Made by a program: the position numbers and the translations under genes
Notes under the pieces: generated by a model
What the model saw: only the letters and a program-made list of their open reading frames with translations
Database searches by the model: none
What the model was told of the DNA's origin: nothing
Source: the human T2T-CHM13v2.0 reference genome, Homo sapiens
Assembly: GCF_009914755.1 (NCBI RefSeq)
Contig: NC_060940.1
Length of the DNA stretch: 64,000 bases
Direction: 5' to 3' (one strand)
Shown: one piece after another, positions 51,397-64,000 of the stretch
Position numbering within the stretch: position 1 is the stretch's first letter
How the letters are laid out: the number at the start of each line of letters is the position of its first letter

Positions 51397-51865
51397 TCTA
51401 TTAGACTCCTCTTGTGGCAATAATAAATTACCGCAAACTTAGTGACTTAAAGCAATACAAGTTTATTCTTGTATAGAATATACAAGAAAGTATAAAATGG
51501 AAGTCAGAAGTATAAAATGAGTTGGCAGGGTTGCATTCCTTTTGGAGGCTTAAGAATCCATTTCTTTGCCTTTTCTAGCTTCTAGAAGCCATCTGCATTC
51601 CTTGGCTTATGGCCCCTTTTTTGCATCACTCCAAACTCTTGCTTTTGTCATCACATCTCCCCTGACTCTGACCCTCCTCCCTCCCTTTTATAAGAGGCCT
51701 TGTGCCTCCACTGGGCCCGCCTGGCTAATCTATGGCACGAGTCTTCCCATTGCAAAAGCCTTAATCACAGGCAAAAATCCCTTTTGCCACATAAGGTAAC
51801 ATCTTCACAGATTCTGGGGATTAGGATGTGGGCATCTCTGGAAGACCATCATTCAGCTGACCACA
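51397..51865 (-). mobile_element. MLT1D LTR
   Basis: aaattaccgcaaacttagtgacttaaa, gccttttctagcttctagaagcc, cccttttgccacataaggtaaca, ends gaccaca. Confidence 0.85.
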
Positions 51866-52779
51866 GCTTGTGATGGCTTTCTGAGCCTCACTGTGAAGCT
51901 CTGGACAGTGCAGGACTGCATTGCATTGTACTGTGTTGCTTTTGTTTGTGTTTGCCTCACTTCCCCCTTTCTTTTTCAACCTGACCACCCGGGGTGGCGC
52001 ATTCTAAACAATCTGCTTCTCTTTGATCTTTGCTCCAGGCTTCATTTTCTGAAGCAACAGGGTAAAGGAAACCTCCGTGGGTTCACAGGGTGCCTTGCAT
52101 GTCCTTCTCTTGCAGCACATCACCCTCTGCATGACCACTTGTTCATTGACATGTCTGGACAATGATCCACGTGCAAAAAGGAGTCCTGTCTTTCTCATCT
52201 GTGTCTTCAGCCCAGGGATAATCAAGTAGGTGTTCATTCTTGAATAAGGGAATGAATGAATCAGCCTTTAAGCTGCCCTGGAATTTTTGGTTCAAAGCTT
52301 ACTTGCTCTGGAAACACTTCCATTAGCTAAACTTCTACCCTTTAGTCACAGCTTTCTTGACATCAGTGCTTCGTATGTGTGCACACATTTTCATGCTTCA
52401 GTGAGTAATAATGCACATACCCATGCTCAAGTGCAGAGTCAAGGAAAAGGAGGACTTTGCCCTTCCTACCTATATATAACCTTGGACTAGTTATTTTACC
52501 ACTCTCCACCTCAGTTTCTTTGTGAAATGGGGCTAATAATTACATTTATTCCATAGAACTGGTGAAATGATTAATTTTGATGATACAATAGAAAGTATTG
52601 AAGGCAATATAACCCGTCTGTAGTTTCCCAAAATGCCAATTTCAAGAACTTCTTGTGTATTTGTAGCACCTAAATTTAGTTGGTCACTGCAGGATAAATC
52701 TTGTATGACTTCTTTATAAATATGTTTCTTCAGTGACATTTTCCAAATGGACTGCTTTCTAGACTGTTTGTGTTGGCTA

Positions 52780-53140
52780 GACTGACCCTCCTCCTCCACA
52801 ATTCTTTCTTTTATGCCACCTTCTGGTTAGAGGTAGCCATGTGTCAGAGTCCTGGACAACTCAGTATAAACCAAAACCTGTGGGCAGTGCCTTCCAGAAA
52901 GCTTTTTTATTCTTTATTGAAAGGGTCAGATTCAGTCAGAATATATCATCAGCCTTTGCCTCCCCATTTTCTTCCTGTATCCTGTAGACATGATGCCTGG
53001 AGCTCCTGCAGCCATTTTGTAACATGAGGCCCTGAGCACCAGAAAAAAGAGTAAGAATCTTAGAGGATCCTGTCCTTGACTGACAGTGACCCATGAGCCA
53101 ACATCGCCAGTGGTCTACCTCAAGACTTCTTCTTTGTGCC
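52780..53140 (+). mobile_element. MLT1I/J-like MaLR remnant
   Basis: catgatgcctggagctcctgcagccattttgtaacatgagg, ctacctcaagacttct. Confidence 0.6.
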
Positions 53141-54604
53141 TTTTCAAGGATAATACCAGAAATTTGGAGGAGAGGATAGGAAATATAAATGCAACCAAAA
53201 AGAAAGATATCATCAAAGAGGTCTGAATCTCTCTTTGGATTTTAAAGAATTAAAGAAAGAAAGGGGGACTCAAAACAAAAACAAACCTCTACCCATCTCC
53301 CACAGTGGAGTGGAGCCAACTTGAAAGCAGTGAATGGATCTATCTGGTGGTTGGTGTCTTCTGTACTTGGCGTTTTGCCTGGGATGGTAGTGTTTGCTGA
53401 ACAAACAAAGGAATCTTTTTTTTTTTTTTTCCTCACCTCTTTTAACTTTGGCCAAGTCTGTCTGGCCCACCAGAGCAGCTGTGATGACAGTTGTTTGGTG
53501 AATTTCCAAACACTGTACTATTTAAGTATGGCACACAGTCTTAGGGGGCCAGGCAAGCAATTGGAAAGCTGAACCTGGCTGGCCAGACCTGTGTTACCAA
53601 AACTCATATGTTTCATTTGGATCTTTAAGCAGAAAAACTTTCCAAACACTTGCTCCAATATGTAATTCTCCGTGGCTGATTTCTAGCGAGGAACCAAATT
53701 TAAGGTGGATAGAAGAAGCATATTCACTGAAGGATTGGTCTGTGTTCCAAGGATTGTATGATCTAATAGGGGTCATATACACGTCAGTAATTTTCAGGAT
53801 TCTACCTGACTTTTTATCCTGGACACCAGGTACAGCTGCCAGCATCTCTTCACAGAGCCCCTGTTTACTGTGACTTTTCAAAGGGCAGGGATAGTTTCCT
53901 AGTGGCCTTGGAATGCCTTCTTTCACAGCACCAACCCCATACCTTATTCATAATGGGGGTACACAGCCACTCTATAAGAGAGAAGATCAACCTTAGAACG
54001 TTTATTAATATCTTTATAATTTCTTATAGTTGGGGGGAAGCAAAGGCGAAAGAACATATTCTTGAGTAATTTATTCTGTTCCCTGGCATTGATGAAAGGG
54101 ATAAAATTAAATCAGTGTTTCTACTCAAGTTGTTTGAAGGACAAGCCAAAATCACACCATTAAAAGTTAACATCTAAAACAGATTGTACATTACTAGGGA
54201 TGAGTTCAGACCCAAAGTAGAAGAATTGGCCAAATGAATCTATAGAATGTTGGTTGTGAGGAATTTACTACCCTCATTTCCAGTGGTTAAAAAATAAAAG
54301 ACAGATTATCTTCATTTCAGGCCAGGAAGGTTTGCAGAAAGAGCCAAGGATATCTTATCCAAGTTTAACAGGGAATGAGGTAAATGGCTAAGGAAGGTCA
54401 GAGCTGCGAGGTTTTTCTGGAGCACCAAATTCATCACAAGTCATAGACCTGTGAAATTCATGTCAAAATTACCAGATTGTTTCCCTTCTTGAAGCTACTT
54501 AAACTCTAGCGGAAAATAGGAACATCTGTTTAATTTCTGATGCCCTAAACAACTTACTCAGTACCTATTGTGTACATCTATTGATGGTATCTTTGAGTGT
54601 GAGA

Positions 54605-54812
54605 TCCATTTATCTGTCCATTCATCTATTCATCCATTCATCCAACCATCCATCCATCCATCCATCCACCCATCCATCCATCCATCCATCCATCCATCCA
54701 TCCATCCATCCATCCATCCATCTGTCCATCCTTTTATCCATTCATCCATCTATCCCATTCATCCATCCATCCATCCATCCATATCCATCCATTCATCCAA
54801 TCATCCATCCAG
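54605..54812. repeat. (CCAT)n tetranucleotide repeat at an L2 tail
   Basis: About 200 bp imperfect (ATCC)n followed by antisense L2 3' end sequence. Confidence 0.95.
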
Positions 54813-54924
54813 CATTTCTGGAGTACATGTCTGTGCTTGGCCCTGTGCTGAGGCAGAAGATACAGTGTTGGATTTGATAGAGACTTTGCTGTTCAAGAAA
54901 TTACTTCAGTGCATAGCTGGAGAG

Positions 54925-55151
54925 CAGGGATTTTCAACCTCCACTTTGTTTATATTTTGGGCTGGATAATCTTTTGTTGTGAGGGCTGTCATGTGCATTG
55001 TAGGATGCCTAGCAGCATGCCTGGATTCTACCTGCTAGATTCAAATAGCACCTGCCCCACCTCAGTCATGATTATCAAAAATATCTACAGATATTGGCAA
55101 ATGTCTCCTGATGGGAAAGGGCAAAATTGCCTTCCTGGTTAAGAACCATTG
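54925..55151 (-). mobile_element. MER20
   Basis: ttgggctggataatctttt, gtgcattgtaggatg, ggttaagaaccattg. 8-bp TSD ctggagag/ctttagag. Confidence 0.88.
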
Positions 55152-56003
55152 CTTTAGAGTCAGAAACCTAAATTCTATTCCTGCCTTACCTCTGACTGGT
55201 TGTTTATTTGACTAATGGTTATTTAACTTTTTCTTATTCCCAGCACCCAACACAGTTTCTGGCAGAAAGTAGGTATGTGTCAGTGCTTACAGATTAAGTG
55301 AACAAATGAGTAAATTAATGAATAAGAGTCTATATTTCTCAGACCAGCCTTTTCCTAAGCAGTTGGCAGGCTGTTAGGAAGACCTTGAGCCTTGACCATG
55401 CACAGTGTCAAGAAAGCAACATATTCACTCAAAATGTGCCTCAAGTAGGAAAAAAAATCCACTTTGGGGGTATTTAGCTGTGTAAGCCCGACAGATAATT
55501 GAGCGGCTGGATTTTTCAGTTTCGACAGATTGGTTTGCCATTCTGTAGCCACAATAACAGAGCAAAGTAACAATCGTGTCTATGTTTAATTTTCTGAAGA
55601 GAGCTGCATCGCCGAGGCTAACAATCTGGCCAATTAAATGTGGCCGATTGGCACTCCCACACAAGTTTGGGGGTATTTAAAATAGCTCTCTGCACAAGAA
55701 AAAAAACATCCAAGCTGCAAAGAAAGTTGTAACTCTACCAAGATTTCATATTTCAAAAGCAGGCTTACAATGGTAAAATTGTTCTGGGTGACAGATAATA
55801 GACAAGCCATCTAGTTTGAGTGTATTAGTGTCAAATTGAGAGTTGTCTCTGTTGCCAGTGATGGTGTCTATTTGTTAAATTGGATAATTTTTCATGTTCA
55901 ATGAAATCATCAAGATTCCACTCCTTGTGGACTGAGTTTATGGGACTTTTAACCATGTTAATCATTCAGAAGGACCAAGAGGACCAAGAGTGTCCCTCAC
56001 TAA

Positions 56004-56314
<311 letters not shown>

Positions 56315-56442
56315 TCACCTAGCTTTCTTTACTACCTTAAAGCTTAAGTGAGGAGTAGCTGATAAGAATGGAATTAGGTTCCCTACCTGTTTCATTCTCA
56401 AATCTTCTAAACACAATTCTTGTAGGCTCGTGTTGGGGAGGC

Positions 56443-56950
56443 TGTATTAGTTACCTACTGCTACAATAAAACTGAGTAACAAGCAACCATAAAGCATCAT
56501 TAGCATAGGGCATTAACATTTGTTTAGCCTGGAAATCTGCAGGGATTAGCTGATCTTGACTGGACTTAGCTGATTTTGAGTGTTCCATGTATCTGGGGTT
56601 GGCTGCAGGTTGGTTAATCGGCTCTGCTGATCTTGGCTGGGTTTGTTCACCTGTCTGGGGGTTGAATGGCTGTTGGTTGATCTAAGATAGTCTTGGCCAG
56701 GTTGGCCAAGTTTATTGGGATGCCCTTCATCCTCCTGGGGGATAGCTGGGAAATGTACATGTGGTACTTGCAGGTACAATAACTTGCATTATCCCATTCG
56801 CCAAAGCACATCACATGGCTGAGCTCAGAATTAAGAGGTCAGGCAGATTGCTCTGCCCAGATAGAGAGGACCCTGTAAAGTTACATGGCCAAGGGTGTGG
56901 GTATCCAGAGGTATGACTAATTGTAATTGATTAACACATTTGTTAATTAC
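56443..56950 (-). mobile_element. MLT1G/H-like MaLR LTR
   Basis: tgtattagttacctactgct, ggctctgctgatcttggctggg, gccaaagcacatcacatggctgagc, gttacatggccaagggtgtgg. Confidence 0.75.
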
Positions 56951-57139
56951 AATTTGTACTATTACCAAGGCTATACTCCAGAAGGTGCTGGGCCCTGACA
57001 ATAAAGTTAAATCTAAATAAGAAAGGTCTTTATAGCAATGTTGAGAGATAGAGGAAGAGGGAAGAGAGAGATGTGTAACTTGGGGAAGGCTCAGCCACCC
57101 AGCTGTTATTTGAGTTCTATTTTCTCCAGCTTGGAAGAC

Positions 57140-57261
57140 TGCCTTCACGCTGGAAAAGGGAGAGTACTACAAAAATGAATAAGAGATAACTTAGGGCCTT
57201 CCAGTGCCTTCACACCAGAAAAGAGAGTACTACAACTATGGATAAAATGTAACTTAGGGCC
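57140..57261. repeat. Imperfect tandem duplication, period about 65 bp
   Basis: tgccttcac..gaaaag..gagagtactacaa..taacttagggcc x2. Confidence 0.85.
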
Positions 57262-57418
57262 AAGTGGATGGGGAAATCATAGCTAGTTCTTTATAGAGTC
57301 CGAATTTGCAGTCCCATGGGAATTCAAACCCAGGCCATTGAAAGACTTGACCATGGAACTGTGGTTATGAGGCATCATGAAAAATGGTAGGGGCTCCTAA
57401 AGAATGTAGGTTGGTTTT

Positions 57419-58042
57419 TATTTTTTTAATTTATTTTGTATTTTTTTAAGTTCTGGGGTACATGTGCAGAATGTGCAGGTTTGTTACATAGGTAAATGTG
57501 TGCCATGGTGGTTTGCTGCACCTATCAACCCATCACATAGGTATTAAGCCCAGCATGCATTAGCTTTTTTCCCTAATGCTCTCTCTCACTCCCCCCAGTC
57601 CTCCCCCAACAAGCATCAGTGAGTGATGTTCCCCTCCCTGTGTCCACGTGTTCTCATTGTTCAGCTCCCCCTTATAAGTGAGAACGTGTAGTGTTTGGTT
57701 TTCTGTTTCTGCATTAGTTTGCTGAGGATAATGGCTTCCAGTTTCATCCATGTCCTGCCAAGGACATGATCTCCTTTTTATGGCTGCGTAGTATTCCATG
57801 GTGTTTATGTACCACAATATTTTAATTCACTCTATTATTGATTGGCATTTGGGTTGATTCCATGTCTTTGTTATTGTGAATAGTGCTGCAGTAAACATAC
57901 ATGTGTATGTATCTTTATAACAGAATGATTTATATTCCTTTGGGCATACACCCAATAATGAGATTGCTGGGTCAAATGTTATTTCTAGTTCTAAATGTTT
58001 GAGGAATCACCACACTGTCTTCCACAATGGTTGAACTAATTT
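57419..58042 (-). mobile_element. L1PA8/10-like 3' fragment
   Basis: ORF2 C-terminus MWYINTMEYYAAIK plus 3' UTR. TSD gaatgtaggttggtttt (57402-18) / gaatgtagttggtttt (58043-58). Confidence 0.93.
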
Positions 58043-58837
58043 GAATGTAGTTGGTTTTAAATGGTCGACCCTTGATACTGGAAAGGAGACATTTGTCTCA
58101 CTGTGACATCTGCAAATTAGTCAATTCTCAAGTACACTGGAGAATACAATACCCCCTAAAGTGCAGTTAAACTATCTAAAAATTCAGAATATCAATTGTT
58201 TTATACACATAGCCCCAAAGTCATTTCTAAAGTGATTAAAATAAACACCTCTCAAATTGTGATTCCATCAAGTGTCTTCTTATTCATGTCCTCTCATGAT
58301 AATATTTATGTATTCAACATAATAATAATGTGAACTAATATTTATTTCCTTCTTTGTGTCGGCCATTGTGCTAAGCCATTTACATGCATAGTCTCATTTT
58401 TATTCTCACCATGATTTCATGACATGGGTATTGTTATTATTATCATTTTACAGTTGAGAAAACAGAAGCTCATAGAATCATATCCAAAGCTTATACCACA
58501 TCTGCCTGATGACTGCTTGTGCTCTTAATCCCCTCATGTTGGCTACCTCTTGAAAAGATGAATTGTAATAGGGTGAAATAGAATTCTGGAATTCCAACTC
58601 AAAATATCAGAAGTGCAAATTCAAGATTTGGAAACCCTGGCTTGCCAGTAATTGATGTGATTAAATACCTTAGGGCTTTTTTTTTTTTTTTTTTTTTTTT
58701 TGGATCACAAGTTCAATAGGAGTCAACAGAGTGAGGATGCTGCCCAGAACACCCAAGTAAGCCTCCATTCCTTTGCAAGGATGCATGCGATTCTGTACTG
58801 GGACAGCGCCATTTGGGGCACCTGATTCATTCAGTGG

Positions 58838-58868
58838 TATGTTGGTGCAAAAGTAATTGCGGTTTTTG

Positions 58869-58904
<36 letters not shown>

Positions 58905-58932
58905 GTGGCCAAAAAAAAACTAAATTATTTTG
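58838..58932. mobile_element. MADE1 (Hsmar1 MITE) with central poly-T
   Basis: Left TIR gttggtgcaaaagtaattgcggtttttgc is intact; the right TIR is degenerate. Confidence 0.85.
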
Positions 58933-58995
58933 AGATTGATTGATTGATTAACGACACCTGTAGCTTTTGTTTTGCAGTGATAGAATTGTAAGGTT

Positions 58996-59037
58996 ATTGA
59001 CAGTTTGGAGGGAAATTGACATTGACAGTTTGGAGGG
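58996..59037. repeat. 17-bp direct repeat
   Basis: attgacagtttggaggg at 58996 and 59021 with a partial attgac between. Confidence 0.9.
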
Positions 59038-59059
59038 GAGTTCCCACTGAAGGGGAATT

Positions 59060-59320
59060 AGGTGAAAAGGAGTTTTGGAAACCATCATTTGTGAGAAAAA
59101 ATTTAAACAATGGAATATTTGTAACCTACAACCCAGAAGACTTCAGGGTGATACGGATAACTTTCTTCGGCCACTGAATGTATTCCATATGGAAGATGGG
59201 ACACTCTTGCTTAGATTCAGAAATTATAGATAAAACTTACATGATCTGTTGGGACAGTGGTTGCAACCTGGGTAGTGAATTGGTATGAGATGTGGTGAGC
59301 TCCGTGACTTTAGCCATCAG
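59060..59320 (+). mobile_element. L3/CR1 3' fragment
   Basis: tggaaaccatcatttgtgag, agaagacttcagggtga, catatggaagatggg, gtggtgagctccgtgact. Confidence 0.55.
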
Positions 59321-59653
59321 ACAGGGATGTTTTAGAGAGGGCTGCTGCCCTGAGGAGGTTCTTTTCTGTGTGCTGAGTCTTGAAATGCTGATTTCAGCAC
59401 TTTATTTAGTTTGCCTGTGTGCTCAGCCATCATACTTAACATATAGTTAGGGAAGTGGTACTTCTGCTCAACAAAATCACAAATGAAAATAGCATTTTAG
59501 AGGACAGATGTTGACTCCTCACTCTTGATGTTTCGCTTCATGGAGGGAGCTATGGTAGTTTGACACCCCTGGGCTCTCTCTCCCCCTCTACTCACGCTCT
59601 ACCATTGAAGGAAGAGGGAGGCTAGATTTTTGCACTATACAAATTTAGGAGTC

Positions 59654-59977
<324 letters not shown>

Positions 59978-60709
59978 TCAGAAACTTCCTATTGTTTTCT
60001 CAGGAGTGCATGAGCTGCAAAAAGAATAATTCCTCTATTCTTTTCCAGGCTGGAACATCCTGTGCCCTCATTTTGGGTGGCTGGGTGCCCAAGTTCAGTG
60101 TTGCCATTAGTACATGGATAAATCTGTCAAATTTAGAGGTTTTGCACTAAAAATCAGCTTTGCTTTCACCTCAACAATGCCCTCCAGTTTAGGCTTATTT
60201 GGGAATGAGAGCGATGTGCTGCCTTCCATCTGCCTCTCCCTCATCTTATGTCTCAATTTGTTCAGAATTCAGGAGGAGAAGAGGATGCTGCTTAGCAGCT
60301 CCTGAATAACCCAATCAACAGGAGATGGAATAGAAGTTACTGAGGTGCTACACATTGAACGCTGACTCTATGAGTCTCGGGGCTTTCCCTGCGCTCCTTC
60401 CTCTAAGTGTGCCAACAATATCGCTGCTTTTACCATCCCCAGTTCACAGACTAGAATGATGAGGCTTGTCCAAGTTAGCAAGTAATAAAGCAAATGTCAG
60501 CCCATGTCTGCCTGAACCCCTGGTCAAGGCTTTCAAATGGTGTACAATGAAGTGTCTTGAGCCAGAGAGGATATTGGCTGTCAGAAAACGGAATGCCTAC
60601 TAGAGCTCTGAGGAGATAAGAATGACAATGGGCCTTAGCTGGTCAAAGTGATTAATGGAGGAAGAGAAAAAGAGTGTGGTCAAGAAGTAGTATTCTCTCC
60701 CAGGAGTGA

Positions 60710-61083
<374 letters not shown>

Positions 61084-61110
61084 ACACTACAGAGTAGTGC
61101 CTACTCTGTA

Positions 61111-61630
61111 AACTTTTTAACTGCTTTATTGTAGTATAATTGCTATTTAATAAACTGTACATATTTAGAGTATACAATTTAATGTATCGACATACAAATC
61201 ACCCATGAAACCATGATCACAATCAAGATAATGAACACATGTATCACCCTGAAAGGTTTCTTTATACCTCTTTCTACTCCCTTCTTTTTTCCAGTCTCCC
61301 CTACTCCCCAGTTCTGTCCCCAGGTAACCACTAATCTGCTTTCTGTCACTATAGTTACATTTTCTGGAACATTATACAGATAAAATTTTGGTTTGGCTGC
61401 TTTTACCCAACATAATTATGTTGAAATTTGTCATGTGATGGTGCATATCAACAGTTTATTCCTCTTTGTTGCTGAGTAGTATTCCATTATATGAATGTAC
61501 CACAATTTGTCTATCCATTCACACGTTGGTGGACAGCTGGATTGTTTTCAGCATTTGACTATTTACACATAAAGCTATTGCAAAGACCCATGCACACGTC
61601 TTTGTGTGTACATAGGCTTTCATTTCACAG
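61111..61630 (-). mobile_element. L1MC/MB 3' end
   Basis: cacccatgaaacc..acaatcaagataatgaaca, caggtaaccactaatctgctttctgtcact, gttgctgagtagtattccatt. Confidence 0.85.
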
Positions 61631-62626
61631 CCTGTGTTTAGTCTTCACAACAAGTGAAAGGCACAATGCAATTACAATCCCAGTTACATAGATGAAGAAG
61701 CTGAGGTCCACCAAGGTCAACTACGCTGCCCAAGGCCACCAGCTAATCGACAGCAGGGTTAATGTTTGAGGGCAGAGCCTTCTGACAACTCCAGGCTCAA
61801 AGCCCCTGCACAATACTACACCCCACACTGAGAGGAATGCTTTCATTTGAAAAAATAAAGATGTTTATTTTTTCTCTGTAGGAATGTAATTCTCAGCCTA
61901 TCTCTACTCCCTGTCATGGTTACCTATATCGGCTGCAGCACACAGACCCTCAGAGGTCAAGACGTACCTTCCCACTGAGTTTTTTTCAGTCTACCCATCA
62001 ACTAGAGATAAGATAAATCCTAATAGGGGCCAGGATCTTTTGCTGTCAAGAATATGAGATTGTATCTTCATTTATGGAGTAACTTTTACACCCTGAAAAT
62101 GAGGATGATAAAAACAAGGCAGGTAAAGAAACAAAGACAGTGTACACATCCTTGTGCATATTCACAATGCAGGAGCTGAAAATTCGGTTGATGCAATGAA
62201 TGTATAAAGAATTCAAGCTCAGCTACAGAATTCTGGTTGAAAGTTCAATTGCTGCCAATCCCCTTGGGTCCCAAGCAAGCATTTTGAGGGAAGCTGGCCC
62301 ACATTTCCCTGTTCAAATCTGGTCTCTGGACCTCTGTCATATGCACCTTCCTCATTCTGATTACCCAGTTGATTGATGGATTCATGTACCAGGCAGCTAC
62401 TCTGGGTGAGGTGGCCCTGTGAGAGAAAAGACTGGACACAGTCTCTACTCCGAGGGCAAATGCAACAGACGAAGAGCTACATAATGATGCTGCAGGAGTA
62501 CCGAGCACAGAGAACTGAAGGAACCAGGAAAAGCTTCTCAGAGGAGATGCCATTTAATTATTTAAGATTTTCCTTTTATTTATATATTTTTTAAGTGCAC
62601 ATGCTTATAATGATAAGTGATACAAG

Positions 62627-63833
<1,207 letters not shown>

Positions 63834-64000
63834 GATATATTCATAAAGGGTAATCATCTCCCCCAACCAATACCCCCTTTCCTATATCCTTCTGTCTCAT
63901 CCCACTTGAGGTTTATACAGATTTCCGCACCCTTTTCTTTATACCAACATGTGAATGCAGGCTCTTGCACACCATACACAAGAGTACAGAAGGGTCAGTT

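Noticed and set aside
54568-54969. SIHP-repeat ORFs
   Set aside because: Translation of the (CCAT)n microsatellite.
58790-58822. REST RE1 right half (GGACAGCGCC) overlapping a CTCF-like sequence
   Set aside because: The left RE1 half and spacing do not fit, and the CTCF core has several mismatches.

Overview
This is a primate genomic window, most likely human or African great ape, judged from L1PA2-type 3' UTR diagnostics plus AluY/AluS. It is CpG-depleted, repeat-rich, intergenic or intronic DNA. I see no protein-coding gene, RNA gene, CpG island or CRISPR array. The ORFs with recognisable homology are L1 ORF2 fragments or Alu translations; the rest look like microsatellite or chance frames. 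A large part of the window is transposon debris: Alu, L1PA/L1M, L2, L3, MIR, MaLR/ERVL/ERV1 solo LTRs, and hAT/Tigger/Mariner MITEs. Subfamily names come from remembered consensus diagnostics, not from RepeatMasker, and the edges of old elements are approximate. I cannot support a claim of a new biological system. The best leads are: (i) a nested MLT1D > two divergent MLT2A LTRs > L1PA2 structure forming an inverted repeat with one intact DUX4-type site; (ii) two independent cases of a young retroelement re-using the target site of an older Alu, leaving triplicated TSDs; (iii) a possible 3'UTR-only retrocopy at about 5.7-7.7 kb; (iv) several snap-back or templated repair scars; (v) a few unique, motif-dense islands that look like developmental enhancers.
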